Source: Octopus sinensis (taxonomy: Eukaryota). Taken from it: a stretch of 64,000 bases of DNA. Positions 1 through 11,339 of the stretch are shown in pieces. The stretch covers positions 89,590,001 to 89,654,000 of the forward strand of contig NC_043004.1 of the NCBI RefSeq assembly GCF_006345805.1. The letters are read 5' to 3'. The position numbers and the translations under genes are program-made. Below the pieces are notes generated by a model. It searched no databases. It saw nothing but the letters and a program-made list of their open reading frames with translations, and was not told the origin of the DNA. The stretch's first letter is position 1. The number at the start of each line of letters is the position of its first letter.

Positions 1-430
1 TGCAGCAGTGTCAGAAGTGGCCACTCTGTCTCTTTTGTTGTTTGTGGTGGTCTTGAGTGCTGGAGTGCACTTTGATTCTGTATTAGGTGTGGGGGGGGGG
101 TGATCCAAAAGGGGTCTCGGAGTAGCATCTCTGCCTTCCTGAGCTAGTTTTCCACCACATTTCTTAAAAATCGTGGTAGAGGCCTTGGTCTCAAGACCAC
201 TCATGTTTAGAAACTGAGGTTGGGGGTAAGCAAGAGCATGCTCCCCATAAAAAATCCAGCTCCATAAAAGCCTCATGATAGCAAAGGAGAATGGGCACCA
301 GCCAGCCAGCCCAAAGGTTGGGGTGGGCTGCACCTGCCTACCTCGGTTGCTATGGCGTTGAGGTAGATCTGGCCACCCCTGTTAACAGGAACAAAACCCA
401 GATTTAAAACACTGGATGATGATGATGATT
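1..430 (+). mobile_element. 3' fragment of a LINE/SINE-like repeat ending in a (GAT)n tail
   Basis: GC-richer than its flanks and ends CTGGATGATGATGATGAT (411-429), the same kind of tail as the RTE-related repeats elsewhere in the window. Family not identified. Confidence 0.4.
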
Positions 431-1029
431 TGATGTAAACAGGTCAGCTGTGTTACAATTCTCTGTGCCATATTTAAAAAAGACTGCTGTTTGGCTGCTG
501 TCCATACTGCATATGTATATTGTCTTTTCTTGCAAGCAGTATGTGCATCATCAGCGTATTTCCAGGGTAGAGATAGTATGTGCTGTGACATGGTTGTGTG
601 CCCCTGCTGATCCTCATGGAAGTTTTTATTCCATTGGTGACAGTTCTCACAGGGTTTGGCATAAGCAAATTGACAGCCTGTCTCTGTGTCATTTGCTACC
701 ATTTATATAGGACTTACAGATTACATAGGCCTTCTTTTCCCAAGGTCTCTGTTTCTCCTAGTTCTACTTGGTGCTCACCTTGGACTATTGGCCATTGTCA
801 GCTTGCTCACTTGCTTGTATCTGTTCTTCTATCTTTTTTTTGTTTCTTTGTGAAATTTGGATTTTAATATATCATTGCATTACTCATAAATAGGGGTGAG
901 CATTTTGCATTTTAGCAGAAATTGAATAGTTAAATTTAAAGGTTCAGGTAAATGTTTATACTCTATAAATATAGAAATGTAGTAGAATTTCTAATGTTGA
1001 ATCTTTAAGTATCCTCTGTGTCTTATATA

Positions 1030-1071
1030 GTTTCTCTTTTTACTTCAGAATATCAGATGGCATTGGATTAA
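1030..1071 (+). promoter_or_regulatory. Candidate 3' splice site of the ZNF-A terminal exon (AG 1047-1048) followed by a mini-uORF MALD*
   Basis: Pyrimidine tract TTTCTCTTTTTACTTCAG|AATATCAGATGGCATTGGATTAA. Homologous sites precede ZNF-B (AG 11042-11043) and ZNF-C (AG 24148-24149). Confidence 0.6.
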
Positions 1072-1478
1072 ATGGACTCTTTACATCAGCTGCATCGTCA
1101 TCTATGTTTATCATCTTATAGAGACGAATGGAAGGTGTTATACAAAATAGGTATAACTCAATCTATATGTCTTTTGTAGAATAACTGTGAAATGGTTCCT
1201 CTGAGTGAAATTGTTAATAACATTTCTCTATTTCACTATTTGGAATTTGTACCAAATGTGTTTACTTTCTAACTAGACTTGGAGAAATTTTATAAAGAAG
1301 CATGCAACATCTTCAGATATGGACAAAGATCACAACTGATGGAAATATAGATGTAGAACTATTTGTAAGTACAAAAACAAGAAAATGAGCCATATCTTGT
1401 GGAGACAATAAAATTATGGAAAACTAATTTTGAAAGAAACTTAAGGAATAAACATGTTTATTGAAAGCTGCAAAAAAC

Positions 1479-3839
1479 ATGGGAAAATCATATCTCTGTA
1501 ATATCTGTGGTTTATCATTCTGTAAAAATAGTTACTTAACTACTCACAAACGTATTCATACAGGAGAAAAGCCATATTACTGTGATGTTTGTGGTAAATC
1601 TTTCTCTCAGTCAGGCAGCTTGACTAAACATAAGCACATTCATGCAAAAGAGAAAGCATATCACTGTGATATTTGTGGTAAGTCCTTCACTGAAGGAAAT
1701 TCCTTAACTACACACAAGCGTATTCATACAGGTGAGAAGCCGTATCACTGTAATATCTGTGGTAAATCTTTCTCTAGGAATGATTATTTAACTAACCACA
1801 CACGTATTCATACAGGGGAGAAACCATATCGCTGTGATATCTGTGGCAAATCTTTCCCACAAACGTGTCGTTTAGCTACCCACAAGCGTATTCATACAGG
1901 AGAGAAACCATATCACTGTGATATCTGTGGCAAATCATTCCCACAAACATGTGGTTTATCTACCCATAAACGTATTCATACAGGAGAGAAACCATATCAT
2001 TGTGATATCTGTGGTAAATCATTCTCTGTAAATAGTACCTTAACTAAACACATACGTATACATACAGGGGAGAAGCCATATTGCTGTGATATCTGTGATA
2101 AATCCTTTTCTGATTACAGTAGCTTAACTGCACATAGACGTATTCATACTGGAGAAAAACCATATAATTGTGATATCTGTGGTAAATCATTCTCTCGAAA
2201 TTATCATTTAATTACTCACAAACGCACTCATACAGGAGCTAGGCCATATCATTGCGATATCTGTGGTAAATCATTTTCTCAAAATGAGCACTTAAATTCT
2301 CACAAACGTATTCATACTGGTGAGAAACCATATCGTTGTGATGTCTGTGGCAAATCATTCTCTGGAAGTAATAATTTCACTAACCACAAGCGTATTCATA
2401 CAGGACTGAAACCTTATCAATGTAATATCTGTGAAAAGTCATTCTCTGTAAGAAGTAACCTAATTACTCACAAACGAATTCATACTGGAGAGAAACCCTA
2501 CCACTGTGATATCTGTGGTAAATCATTCTCTAGAAAATATCACTTAACTACTCACGAACGCATTCACACAGGGGAGAAACCATATCACTGTGATATCTGT
2601 GGTAAGTCATTCCATGCAGGAAGTAACTTAACTACTCACAAGCGCATTCACACAGGGGAGAAACCATATAGCTGTGATATCTGTGGTAAATCTTTCTCTA
2701 GGAATGATTATTTAACTAACCACACACGTATTCATACAGGGGAGAAACCATATCGCTGTGATATCTGTGGCAAATCTTTCCCACAAACGTGTCGTTTAGC
2801 TACCCACAAGCGTATTCATACAGGAGAGAAACCATATCACTGTGATATCTGTGGCAAATCATTCCCACAAACATGTGGTTTATCTACCCATAAACGTATT
2901 CATACAGGAGAGAAACCATATCATTGTGATATCTGTGGTAAATCATTCTCTGTAAATAGTACCTTAACTAAACACATACGTATACATACAGGGGAGAAGC
3001 CATATTGCTGTGATATCTGTGATAAATCCTTTTCTGATTACAGTAGCTTAACTGCACATAGACGTATTCATACTGGAGAAAAACCATATAATTGTGATAT
3101 CTGTGGTAAATCATTCTCTCGAAATTATCATTTAATTACTCACAAACGCACTCATACAGGAGCTAAGCCATATCACTGTGATATCTGTGGTAAATCATTT
3201 TCTCAAAATGAGCACTTAAATTCTCACAAACGTATTCATACTGGTGAGAAACCATATCGTTGTGATGTCTGTGGCAAATCATTCTCTGGAAGTAATAATT
3301 TCACTAACCACAAACGTATTCATACAGGACTGAAACCTTATCAATGTAATATCTGTGAAAAGTCATTCTCCGTAAGAAGTAACCTAATTACTCACAAACG
3401 AATTCATACCGGAGAAAAACCCTACCACTGTGATATCTGTGGTAAATCATTCTCTAGAAAATATCACTTAACTACTCACGAACGTATTCACACAGGGGAG
3501 AAACCATATCACTGTGATATCTGTGGTAAGTCATTCCATGCAGGAAGTAACTTAACTACTCACAAACGCATTCACACAGGGGAGAAGCCATATCGCTGTG
3601 ATATTTGTGGTAAATCTTTCTCTCAAAGTAGTGAATCAAATACTCACAAACGTATTCATACAGGAGAAAAACCATATCAGTGTGATATCTGTGGTAAATC
3701 ATTCTCTCGAAATGATCAGTTGGCTGCACACAAACATATTCATAGAGGAGAAAAACCATATCACTGCTACATCTGTAGTAAATCATATTCTCGCAAAAGT
3801 CTCTTATCTACACATGAATGTATTCATGCAGAAGAATAA
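1479..3839 (+). CDS. C2H2 zinc-finger array protein ZNF-A, 786 aa, 28 fingers, single coding exon, no KRAB/BTB/SCAN domain
   Basis: Open ORF of CX2CX12HX3H fingers with TGEKPY linkers. In-frame TAA at 1449-1451 closes the frame upstream, so the first ATG (1479) is the likely start; the track's TTG start at 1461 is unlikely. Confidence 0.93.
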   Translation: MGKSYLCNICGLSFCKNSYLTTHKRIHTGEKPYYCDVCGKSFSQSGSLTKHKHIHAKEKAYHCDICGKSFTEGNSLTTHKRIHTGEKPYHCNICGKSFSRNDYLTNHTRIHTGEKPYRCDICGKSFPQTCRLATHKRIHTGEKPYHCDICGKSFPQTCGLSTHKRIHTGEKPYHCDICGKSFSVNSTLTKHIRIHTGEKPYCCDICDKSFSDYSSLTAHRRIHTGEKPYNCDICGKSFSRNYHLITHKRTHTGARPYHCDICGKSFSQNEHLNSHKRIHTGEKPYRCDVCGKSFSGSNNFTNHKRIHTGLKPYQCNICEKSFSVRSNLITHKRIHTGEKPYHCDICGKSFSRKYHLTTHERIHTGEKPYHCDICGKSFHAGSNLTTHKRIHTGEKPYSCDICGKSFSRNDYLTNHTRIHTGEKPYRCDICGKSFPQTCRLATHKRIHTGEKPYHCDICGKSFPQTCGLSTHKRIHTGEKPYHCDICGKSFSVNSTLTKHIRIHTGEKPYCCDICDKSFSDYSSLTAHRRIHTGEKPYNCDICGKSFSRNYHLITHKRTHTGAKPYHCDICGKSFSQNEHLNSHKRIHTGEKPYRCDVCGKSFSGSNNFTNHKRIHTGLKPYQCNICEKSFSVRSNLITHKRIHTGEKPYHCDICGKSFSRKYHLTTHERIHTGEKPYHCDICGKSFHAGSNLTTHKRIHTGEKPYRCDICGKSFSQSSESNTHKRIHTGEKPYQCDICGKSFSRNDQLAAHKHIHRGEKPYHCYICSKSYSRKSLLSTHECIHAEE
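1753..3600 (+). repeat. 924-bp (11-finger) tandem duplication inside ZNF-A: 1753-2676 / 2677-3600
   Basis: Direct comparison at offset 924 (11 x 84 nt). First 489 bp identical, 11 differences in the remainder. Confidence 0.97.
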
Positions 3840-4441
3840 CTGTCATTCTATGAAAAAATATCTCATAAAGATATTCACACTGGTAGAATATAACAGTATG
3901 ATATTAACCTGCTAACACTATATTTTACATAGCTTCAACTATATCTACATTGGTGAGATTGTTTTAATTAAAACACACAGTACTCATGTTCTCTGAAGTT
4001 CATCAATACAACCCCCAATGTACTCTTTCCTCTTTGTCTTTTTTTTTTGTTTTTTACTTTTTCAAGTTGTGCATTTGTATACAAAAAGCTAATTATAATT
4101 TTTTCATTTTTATTATTTTTAATTTAATGTTATTTTTTTGTATTCCCTCTAACATTTTCTGAAAAGTAAAAGATACTATCGATTCATTTAAAGTTGTTGG
4201 TAAATAGTTCAGAAACGTATTCTCATAAATCAGGGATAACATCAATGTATAATGTAAGAAATAAAATGCATGAACCATAAAAAAATATTTCATTGGACTT
4301 TATTTCGATATCTTCTGTGTTTAGGATCTTCTACATATTCTTTCATTTTTATTGATTTAAACTTTATGAATGTATCCCATCATAGACCTGTTCTTGATGA
4401 AATATATTTTCATTTCTTTTCTTTATATGATGATATTACAT

Positions 4442-4483
4442 GGCGGTGCCCCAGCATGGCCACAGCTCGTGAGCTGAAACTAG
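4442..4483 (+). mobile_element. Extremely 5'-truncated SINE 3' end
   Basis: GGCGGTGCCCCAGCATGGCCACAGCTCGTGAGCTGAAACTAGA, repeated at 40141-40183 and related to the 3' ends of the other SINEs. Confidence 0.7.
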
Positions 4484-4760
4484 ATAAAACAAAAAAAAAA
4501 AAAATGTACATATACACACACACACACAAATTTAAGTTGCAATATATAGATTCAAGTAATTCGGTAATGCTCATAAAAAAGCTCTTAATGTATCATTGAT
4601 AAAGTAAATTAATTGTATGTTTTTGAGTTCCGAAACAATTTGTTGTGATTATAGGATATTTCCTATTGTTAAATAATAGTTCATCAAATATTTCTCTGTC
4701 ATTTATGTCTTTTTATGTAAGTATAAACACACACACAAAAATCTTTTGACTCTTTCCTCC

Positions 4761-5762
4761 TGTAGAACGACCGTGCGAAAAGGAGATGGTGATGAATGAA
4801 TGACTCCTTTAAACACTGCACGGTCGCCTTTCAATAAAAGCCAAAATATGGATAAATGAATTCAAGTGCCAGAATGAATAAGGAATAGACGACACAACCA
4901 GAGACTATAAGAGAAAGGTTTTTATTTAGATGTTAACATGTGGGTAGCAGAGTGTGTGTTTGACATAAGCACGTACATAATAATAATATGGACAGGCCGT
5001 CATGCATACAATAATGTGTTAGCTGAGTGTGTCTGTGTGTTCAACATAAGTACATATATAATAAGAACAATAAGACAGGCCGTCAAGCATATAATAATGT
5101 GTGTGAGATAAAATACAGAGCATAGAAAGTGTTTTCAATAGGAAGCTAGATGAATGTTCAGACACACGGTAAAAGATAATACCAGTTCGTAGTAAGAAAC
5201 ACAGTAGTAATAGTTCTGTAACAAAGAGGTTGAGGTCACAAGGCAGAGGCTGGTTGGACACCTGAGGCTTCTATGCTGTGCTGGGTTACTTGGTGCAGAA
5301 GGTTCTCGCAGGTTGAGCTAGCTGTTAACCATGGTGAAATATTCACAAACAGTGTGAAGTTAAACCTAGGCGAAGTTGATGTTGGGCATCGTTAAGATGC
5401 AGGCAACGGTGGTGGAGACAACATTAAGATCGAAGGCGATGGTGGTGAAGGTCCCGAAATGCTGCTAGTGTTGGTGTTGTGATCGATGGAATTGGCTGGT
5501 GCTCTGTTATGGTTTGTTGATCTAGCTTTTAAAGAGATTAGCAGGCTCCAGAAGAGAACCTAGAAGACTGTGTCACGGGACCTTATCAGAAGGCTGCGAT
5601 TGGTTGGGTTGCTCAGTGGTGCGAAATAAAGCAAGAGACAAACTGCGCTAATACCAACACAACTGGGCCTTAGCTGCCAAAGGCTAGCTGTTATCTGCTA
5701 CGTCTGTATTTGTGTTATATATGTCAGTGAGAGAGGATGTGTTTCACTAAGGGTCTGCGACA
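4761..5762 (-). mobile_element. Candidate solo LTR (Gypsy-like)
   Basis: TGT...ACA termini with a short imperfect inverted repeat (TGTAGAACGACC / GGTCTGCGACA), flanks CTCC/CACC (4-bp TSD with one mismatch), minus-strand AATAAA near 4921, and an internal ~80-bp duplication at 4953-5105. Confidence 0.45.
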
Positions 5763-5769
5763 CACCGTA

Positions 5770-6605
5770 AGCAAATGTTTCAATTTCTTTCTGTCGAAGG
5801 CATACCAAATGAAGTTATAAGTGCAATCTGCTCTGTCAATGCAGACTGCAGAATTTTCTTATATACTTCTGACACAGTCACCAACACATTTGCAGTCAAA
5901 GAGAGTTCTCCAAGGGGACACACCTTAGCTCCTTTCTTTTTCATTATAGTCTTCAACTATGTACTACGGTACACTTTGGTATTAGAGCAATGCATAATTC
6001 TCTATCCCAGCCAAGGTTCATATTATCCAGCATTGTACCTCACTGACCTCAAATTCACAGACGACATCATACTCATCTCACACACAATCACAAATATTCG
6101 AATTCTCACAAACATGGAGTCGCCTTCCATTGAAGTTGATCTTTCAATAAACCACTCAAAGACAAAGACCATAATCTTTGGTAAAAAATGCTGGTGTAGG
6201 TGATCTTACACTTTCATCAGGGCCCATTGAGTCAGCTACTGATTTCTGCTAACTGGGTTCTTGTATTTGCTCTTGCAGCACAGATGTTAAAATTCATAAA
6301 GCAATAATATGGTCAGCATCTGACAAGAAATGGAAAACTTTGAAAGCACCACAGCTGTCATATGATCTAAAACTATGCCTGTTTCAAACTACAGTAGAAT
6401 CTACTCTGAATGCTGGTCTGTTATGGTTGCCCAACAGTGACCATTAGATGGTACATATGCTCGACTTCTGCGTAAGGCCTTTAACATCTATTATGCCAAC
6501 CATATATTAAACAAGTCACAACATGGATCTTTACTGCCCGTCAGCCAGACAATCAAACAAAGGCAGCTAACATTCACAGGCCACTACTTGCGTTGAACAG
6601 GTCAA
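5770..6605 (+). mobile_element. Decayed RTE-like non-LTR retrotransposon RT fragment
   Basis: Translation PRGHTLAPFFFIIVFNYVLR...LTDLKFTDDIILIS matches the QGDTLAPFLF...DLDFADD RT motifs. Stops and frameshifts follow. Confidence 0.8.
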
Positions 6606-6792
6606 CTTGTCACTTTTTTTTTTTTTCCATATACCAGTAGTTCTCAACAGGGCTCCATGTGAGCCTTGGGAGTCCATATTAAGATTTTGTTGATAAAATT
6701 TATCTGCAATAAATTGTTTATACTTCTACTATACACAAAATATTTTGATTTTTTTAATATAGTTCCTATTATTTAATTATAAAAATACAGTA

Positions 6793-8290
6793 GGATCTTT
6801 TCTGTTTGGCGACTACAGTTTCAAAATTCAAAGTTTATTGAAAATTTTAAAATTTGGTACATTAATGCAGTTTTCCAAGTTGAATTGATAGAGTTATTTC
6901 AGTCATTTGACTGCGGCCATGCTGGAGCACCGCCTTTTAGTTGAGCAAATCGACCCTGGGACTTATTCTTTGTAAGCCCAGTACTTATTCTATCGGTCTC
7001 TTTTGCCAAACCGCTAAGTGACGGGGACGTAAACACACCAGCATCGGTTGTCAAACAATGCTAGGGGGACAAACACAGACATGTATATATACATATATAC
7101 GACGGGCTTCTTTCAGTTTCCGTCTACCAAATCCACTCACAAGGCTTTGGTTGGCCTGAGGCTATAGTAGAAAACACTTGCCCAAGATACCAAGTGGGAC
7201 TGAACCCGGAACCATGTGGTTGGTAAGCAAGCTACTTACCACACAGCCGCTCCTGCTTTCCAGAAAAATAAAAAAAAAAACGTTATAGAGATTTAAAGTT
7301 TAATCATTTTCATCCAGTCACGAAACAAGATTTGGAAGTTATCATTTTGTATGTGACTACACATTTTGTCAACATCTTGAAAATAGCACTTGTTCTTTTA
7401 TATGAAACCATAAACAAATGAATTGCGCACGACATATAACCCTCATAGCTTTTTTTTTTTTTTTGGTATTTTCAGAAAATTTTTATTAATTTTTATTCTA
7501 AACGTGGGACTTCATATGATTATGTAAAAAAAAAGCTGTGGAGATGCGTGATTTAAAGCCTATTTAGCTGTTATTTTTAGCACACCTCACAATCACCTCA
7601 ATGACAAACAAAAAACGAGTAAACAACACGTATTTTATAGTTTTTAGCATTTAATGTGATAAACAGCACAATACGAACCAAATATTTCTCAAAATAAGAA
7701 ACTTATAGCACATTACAAATTAAATGTTAAAAAAAAAACAAACAAACATCTCAACAATCTTCCCAGGACCACCTTAACTAGATGATGGAGCAGGTCCTCC
7801 GCATATACTTCCCTAACATAGCTGTTATAATCAACAGCTGTGCAATGGCTCATCCCCTGTTCTTCAACACAAAACTGGACTGAAGTCAATTCCTTAACCC
7901 ATGAGTAAAGTAAAAGCACTAGAGTCCGAAGAGGAAGAGCGCCACCTTCAAACCATGTGTCTTTCCTCCCTGACACAGACTCCATGCATCGCCAATACAT
8001 ATTCTCACCACGTTTTCTTGTACTCATAAAATGCTTCTTCGTTTTGCATAATTTTCTTTTGAGTATAACACCCTTTTCTTGGGAGTACGAAACTGCATCC
8101 TCTTTTGGTGTGTGATTTAAGGCCTATTTGGCTGCTATTTTTAGCATACACGACAACCATCTCAATGACTGGAACATATTAGTCAACATGTTCTTTCTGA
8201 CAGACAAAATAGTTCGCATGTTTGGCTTATTACTATGGAAACAGGCATGAATGGCTAAAATTACCCCAAATTTTCGAACTTTAATAGCTA
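6793..8290 (-). mobile_element. Merlin/ISXO2-like DNA transposon relic (transposase fragment ~7720-8100), interrupted by a SINE
   Basis: Minus ORF 7713-8027 (VSGRKDTWFEGGALPLRTLVLLLYSW...SHCTAVDYNSYVREV) resembles the region N-terminal to the ISXO2/Merlin DDE core. Left end GGATCTTTTCTGTTTG (6793) matches the MITE termini at 19201 and 34673. Confidence 0.7.
6897..7256 (-). mobile_element. Octopus tRNA-derived SINE, family A
   Basis: Reverse complement of the GCAGGAGTGGCTGTGTGGTAAG...CAGTCAAATGACTGAAA element also at 46642, 56632 and 62284, with an internal (TA/CA)n tract. Confidence 0.9.
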
Positions 8291-9254
8291 ATAGCATTTA
8301 TTTATGGCGAAAATAAATTTCATGGCATTGATTAGCATATAAAAGTATATCATTACACTGAATATGAAATCAATTCGAACAAAAGAGATTGATATTGGCA
8401 GCCAAACAGAAAAGATAGAATGTGTATGGAAGCCCCGTCGAGTAAAATAGGAATCAAAGTGATTGGGGGCATGGACAAAAATTGGTTGGGAGCCGGTTCT
8501 ATACCTTGTAGGGACGTTATGGTTTGGTGATCAAACCCATTTGACGCATGTCTGTGAACTTATGCGAACACAGGACCGCGCATTGTCTCAGAGTTAGTTC
8601 GCGTAATGTTATCTCGTACAGTCAAGAGAGACATATGCTCCCGAGCTGGAGTCGACGTCTGCGTGTGTATGTGTTTGTATAACGAATAATTTTTTTAAAA
8701 AACACGTTGCATTGAAAATATTACTGCGAGTAGAAAAAGAAACTAGTATAATTCACTGTGGATAAAAGAGATAAAAGCAAGTTGATTATAATAAAATATG
8801 AAATTACAGCTAAAAAATATAAAGCCAGTTTGAGAAGATACGAAACTTTGGCTAATGTTGCTTGCTTAACATTGATGTAGATTCAATTTACTAAAACCTA
8901 TGAATCTCAAATTTAGCAGCGAGATAATTTCTTTGGTAATTTTGTAACAAAGAGCAACATACTAATTCACTGTTTACACCTGATTACGGTAAGTTGACCT
9001 GTTTTAAATCTGTAAATAATAGAATTTTTATTTACACTCATTATTACATTATGCGAAGGAGGTAGAATTGACTGAACAAAACAAGCCATTGAAATAACCG
9101 TAATCAGTTTGAAAGTTACATTATTTAGTTTGTGGGGGTTCTCGACTGTTAACAAAAATGTTTTTGATGTCGTTTCCGTCTCGGTACATTGAAGAATCAA
9201 ACGATGCTCGGCTATTCAAGTGCTTCCTTGCCGTCATACTTGCGATAATGCTAA

Positions 9255-10062
9255 GGGTATTTTGGGATGTCTGTACTGGTATGGACATGTGCTACAGATG
9301 GATGAGGAAAGCTGTGTGAAGAAGTGTCACTCCTAAACAGTAGAAGGAACCCATGGTAGAAGGAGACCCAGGAACACATGGGATGAGGTGGTGAAGCATG
9401 ACCTTTGAAAGCTGGACCTCACAGAGGCAATGACAAAAGACCTAGGCCTCTGGAGATATGCTGTGACTGAGAAGACCTGGCAAGTATAGTGAGATCACAG
9501 CCGTAGCCTACACCAGTGTCGCATAACCAGCCCACTTAAAAAAGTACCTTTGGATCATTGGGCGACATGACGTGCTCGAGGAGACCTATTGAGTCAAGTA
9601 AAATCAAAGTCAAATAAAACCACACTCAAATAGAAATTGTAGTTGTGGCTGATGCCTGACTGGCTCCCGTGCTGGTGGAATGCAATAAGCACCATTCATG
9701 TGTGGATCGTTGCCAGTGCTGCCTGACTGGCTCCCATGCCGGTGGCATGCAATAAGCACCATTCATGCGTGTGTCATTGCCAGTGCCACTTACTGGCTCC
9801 CGTGCTGGTGGCACGTAAAATGCACCATCCGATCGTGGCCGATGCCAGCCCCCTTTCCCCGACTAGCTCCTATGCTGGTGGCACGTAAAAAGCACCCACT
9901 ACACTCTCAGAGTGGTTGGCATTAGGAAGGGCATCCAGCTGTAGAAACATTGCCAGATCAGATTGGAGCCTGGTGCAGCCTCCTGGCTTGCCAGATCCCA
10001 GTCAAACCATCCAACCCATGCCAGTATGGAAAACGGACATTAAACGATGATGATGTTGATGA
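9255..10062 (+). mobile_element. RTE LINE 3' end (ORF C-terminus plus 3' UTR with ~65-70 bp tandem units) and (GAT)n tail
   Basis: Encodes a decayed GHVLQMDEESCVKKCHS..VEGTHGRRRPRNTWDEVVKHDL, four GGTGG(C/A)A..(T)AA.AAGCACC units, and ends AAACGATGATGATGTTGATGAT. Confidence 0.85.
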
Positions 10063-11339
10063 TACTGCACACACCAGTCAGCATGAATACTTCTTTCTAC
10101 AGCTTTTTCATAAAGTGGTAGATTCAAGTTCATTTTCAGATTCTCAAATAGCCAGTGGTAAAATTTTTACCACTTGTAAGAGAGAGAGGCATTCTTTAAC
10201 CTTTGGCTTTCAGGTTACTCTGTCAAATGTAATGCTTATTTATTCATATTGTCTTGAATTAATCATGCATTATCTCATAGCTTTGATATTTTAATGATGT
10301 TATTGTTTATTATTAGAATGACATTGTAGAATAGGTATGAGAGGCTGGATTTGGCTAGTTTAAACATAATACAGGTAGAATATTTGGTTTAGATATGACT
10401 GGTTTAAATGCTAAAAGGCTAAACTTACTCTGTTGGAGAATGATGCCCAGGAGGATGTATGAGCTTCTCAAATAACTTTAGGGTTGTTTTCAACATGTAA
10501 TCTAATTTGCTTTAGCTTTAAGCTCAGAGATCAACATATATTAGTTCCCAGAGACAACCTGTCTTAAATTCCTCTGCTGTGGCATGAAAGACAATGACGA
10601 ATAGGAGGGGACTGAGAACTAATCTCTGGTGAAGCCTACCTGTATACTAAATTCGCCGTATACTCATGGCTAACTCTTACTGACAGCACCCCTGTACATG
10701 ACTTCTATGGTTTTATAAACTATTTGTCTACCACTAGCTTCCTCAGAGACCACTACATTACAGAGCGAGGGACTCTGTCAAAGGCTTTCCCAGGTCAATA
10801 AGTGACAAGTACTATGGTCTACTCTTAGCTCAATACTATTCTTGTAGTTGTTTGACTAAGAAAATAACATCAGTAGCACTTCTTCCTGGTACAAAACTGA
10901 ACTGCATTAACAAATTAAGAAATAATTCAATTGTTGAGATAAATGTTTAGATGTATAGTTTATCAATATAGAAATGGAGCAAAATGTCTACTACTGAATT
11001 TTGAATATCTTGCATATCTTATACTGTTTCTATTTTATTTCAGAATATCAGGTGTCATTGAATCAAAAGAACTCTTTACATCAAATACATCATCAATATT
11101 TAGACAAAAAAATAGAAAATTTTTCTATATAAATATTTTGTGGAATTACTGTGTAGAATCTGTACAAGATTAGTTTAAATCTAATTAAAATTGTCCCAAG
11201 TTACAAAAGAGTTTTCAGCATCTTCAGATATAGAGAAATAAAGCAGTTTATACAAATATAGCAGAAGAAATATTTGCTTGGAATAAAATGTAACAAGGGA
11301 AATAAGAAAAATATCTGTATATTGCAGTAAGAGAAGAAA

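Noticed and set aside
3556-3786. Antisense ORFs over the ZNF arrays (also 24274-24621) and the shifted-frame ORF 3598-3915
   Set aside because: Typical by-products of the 84-nt finger periodicity, with no independent coding signal.
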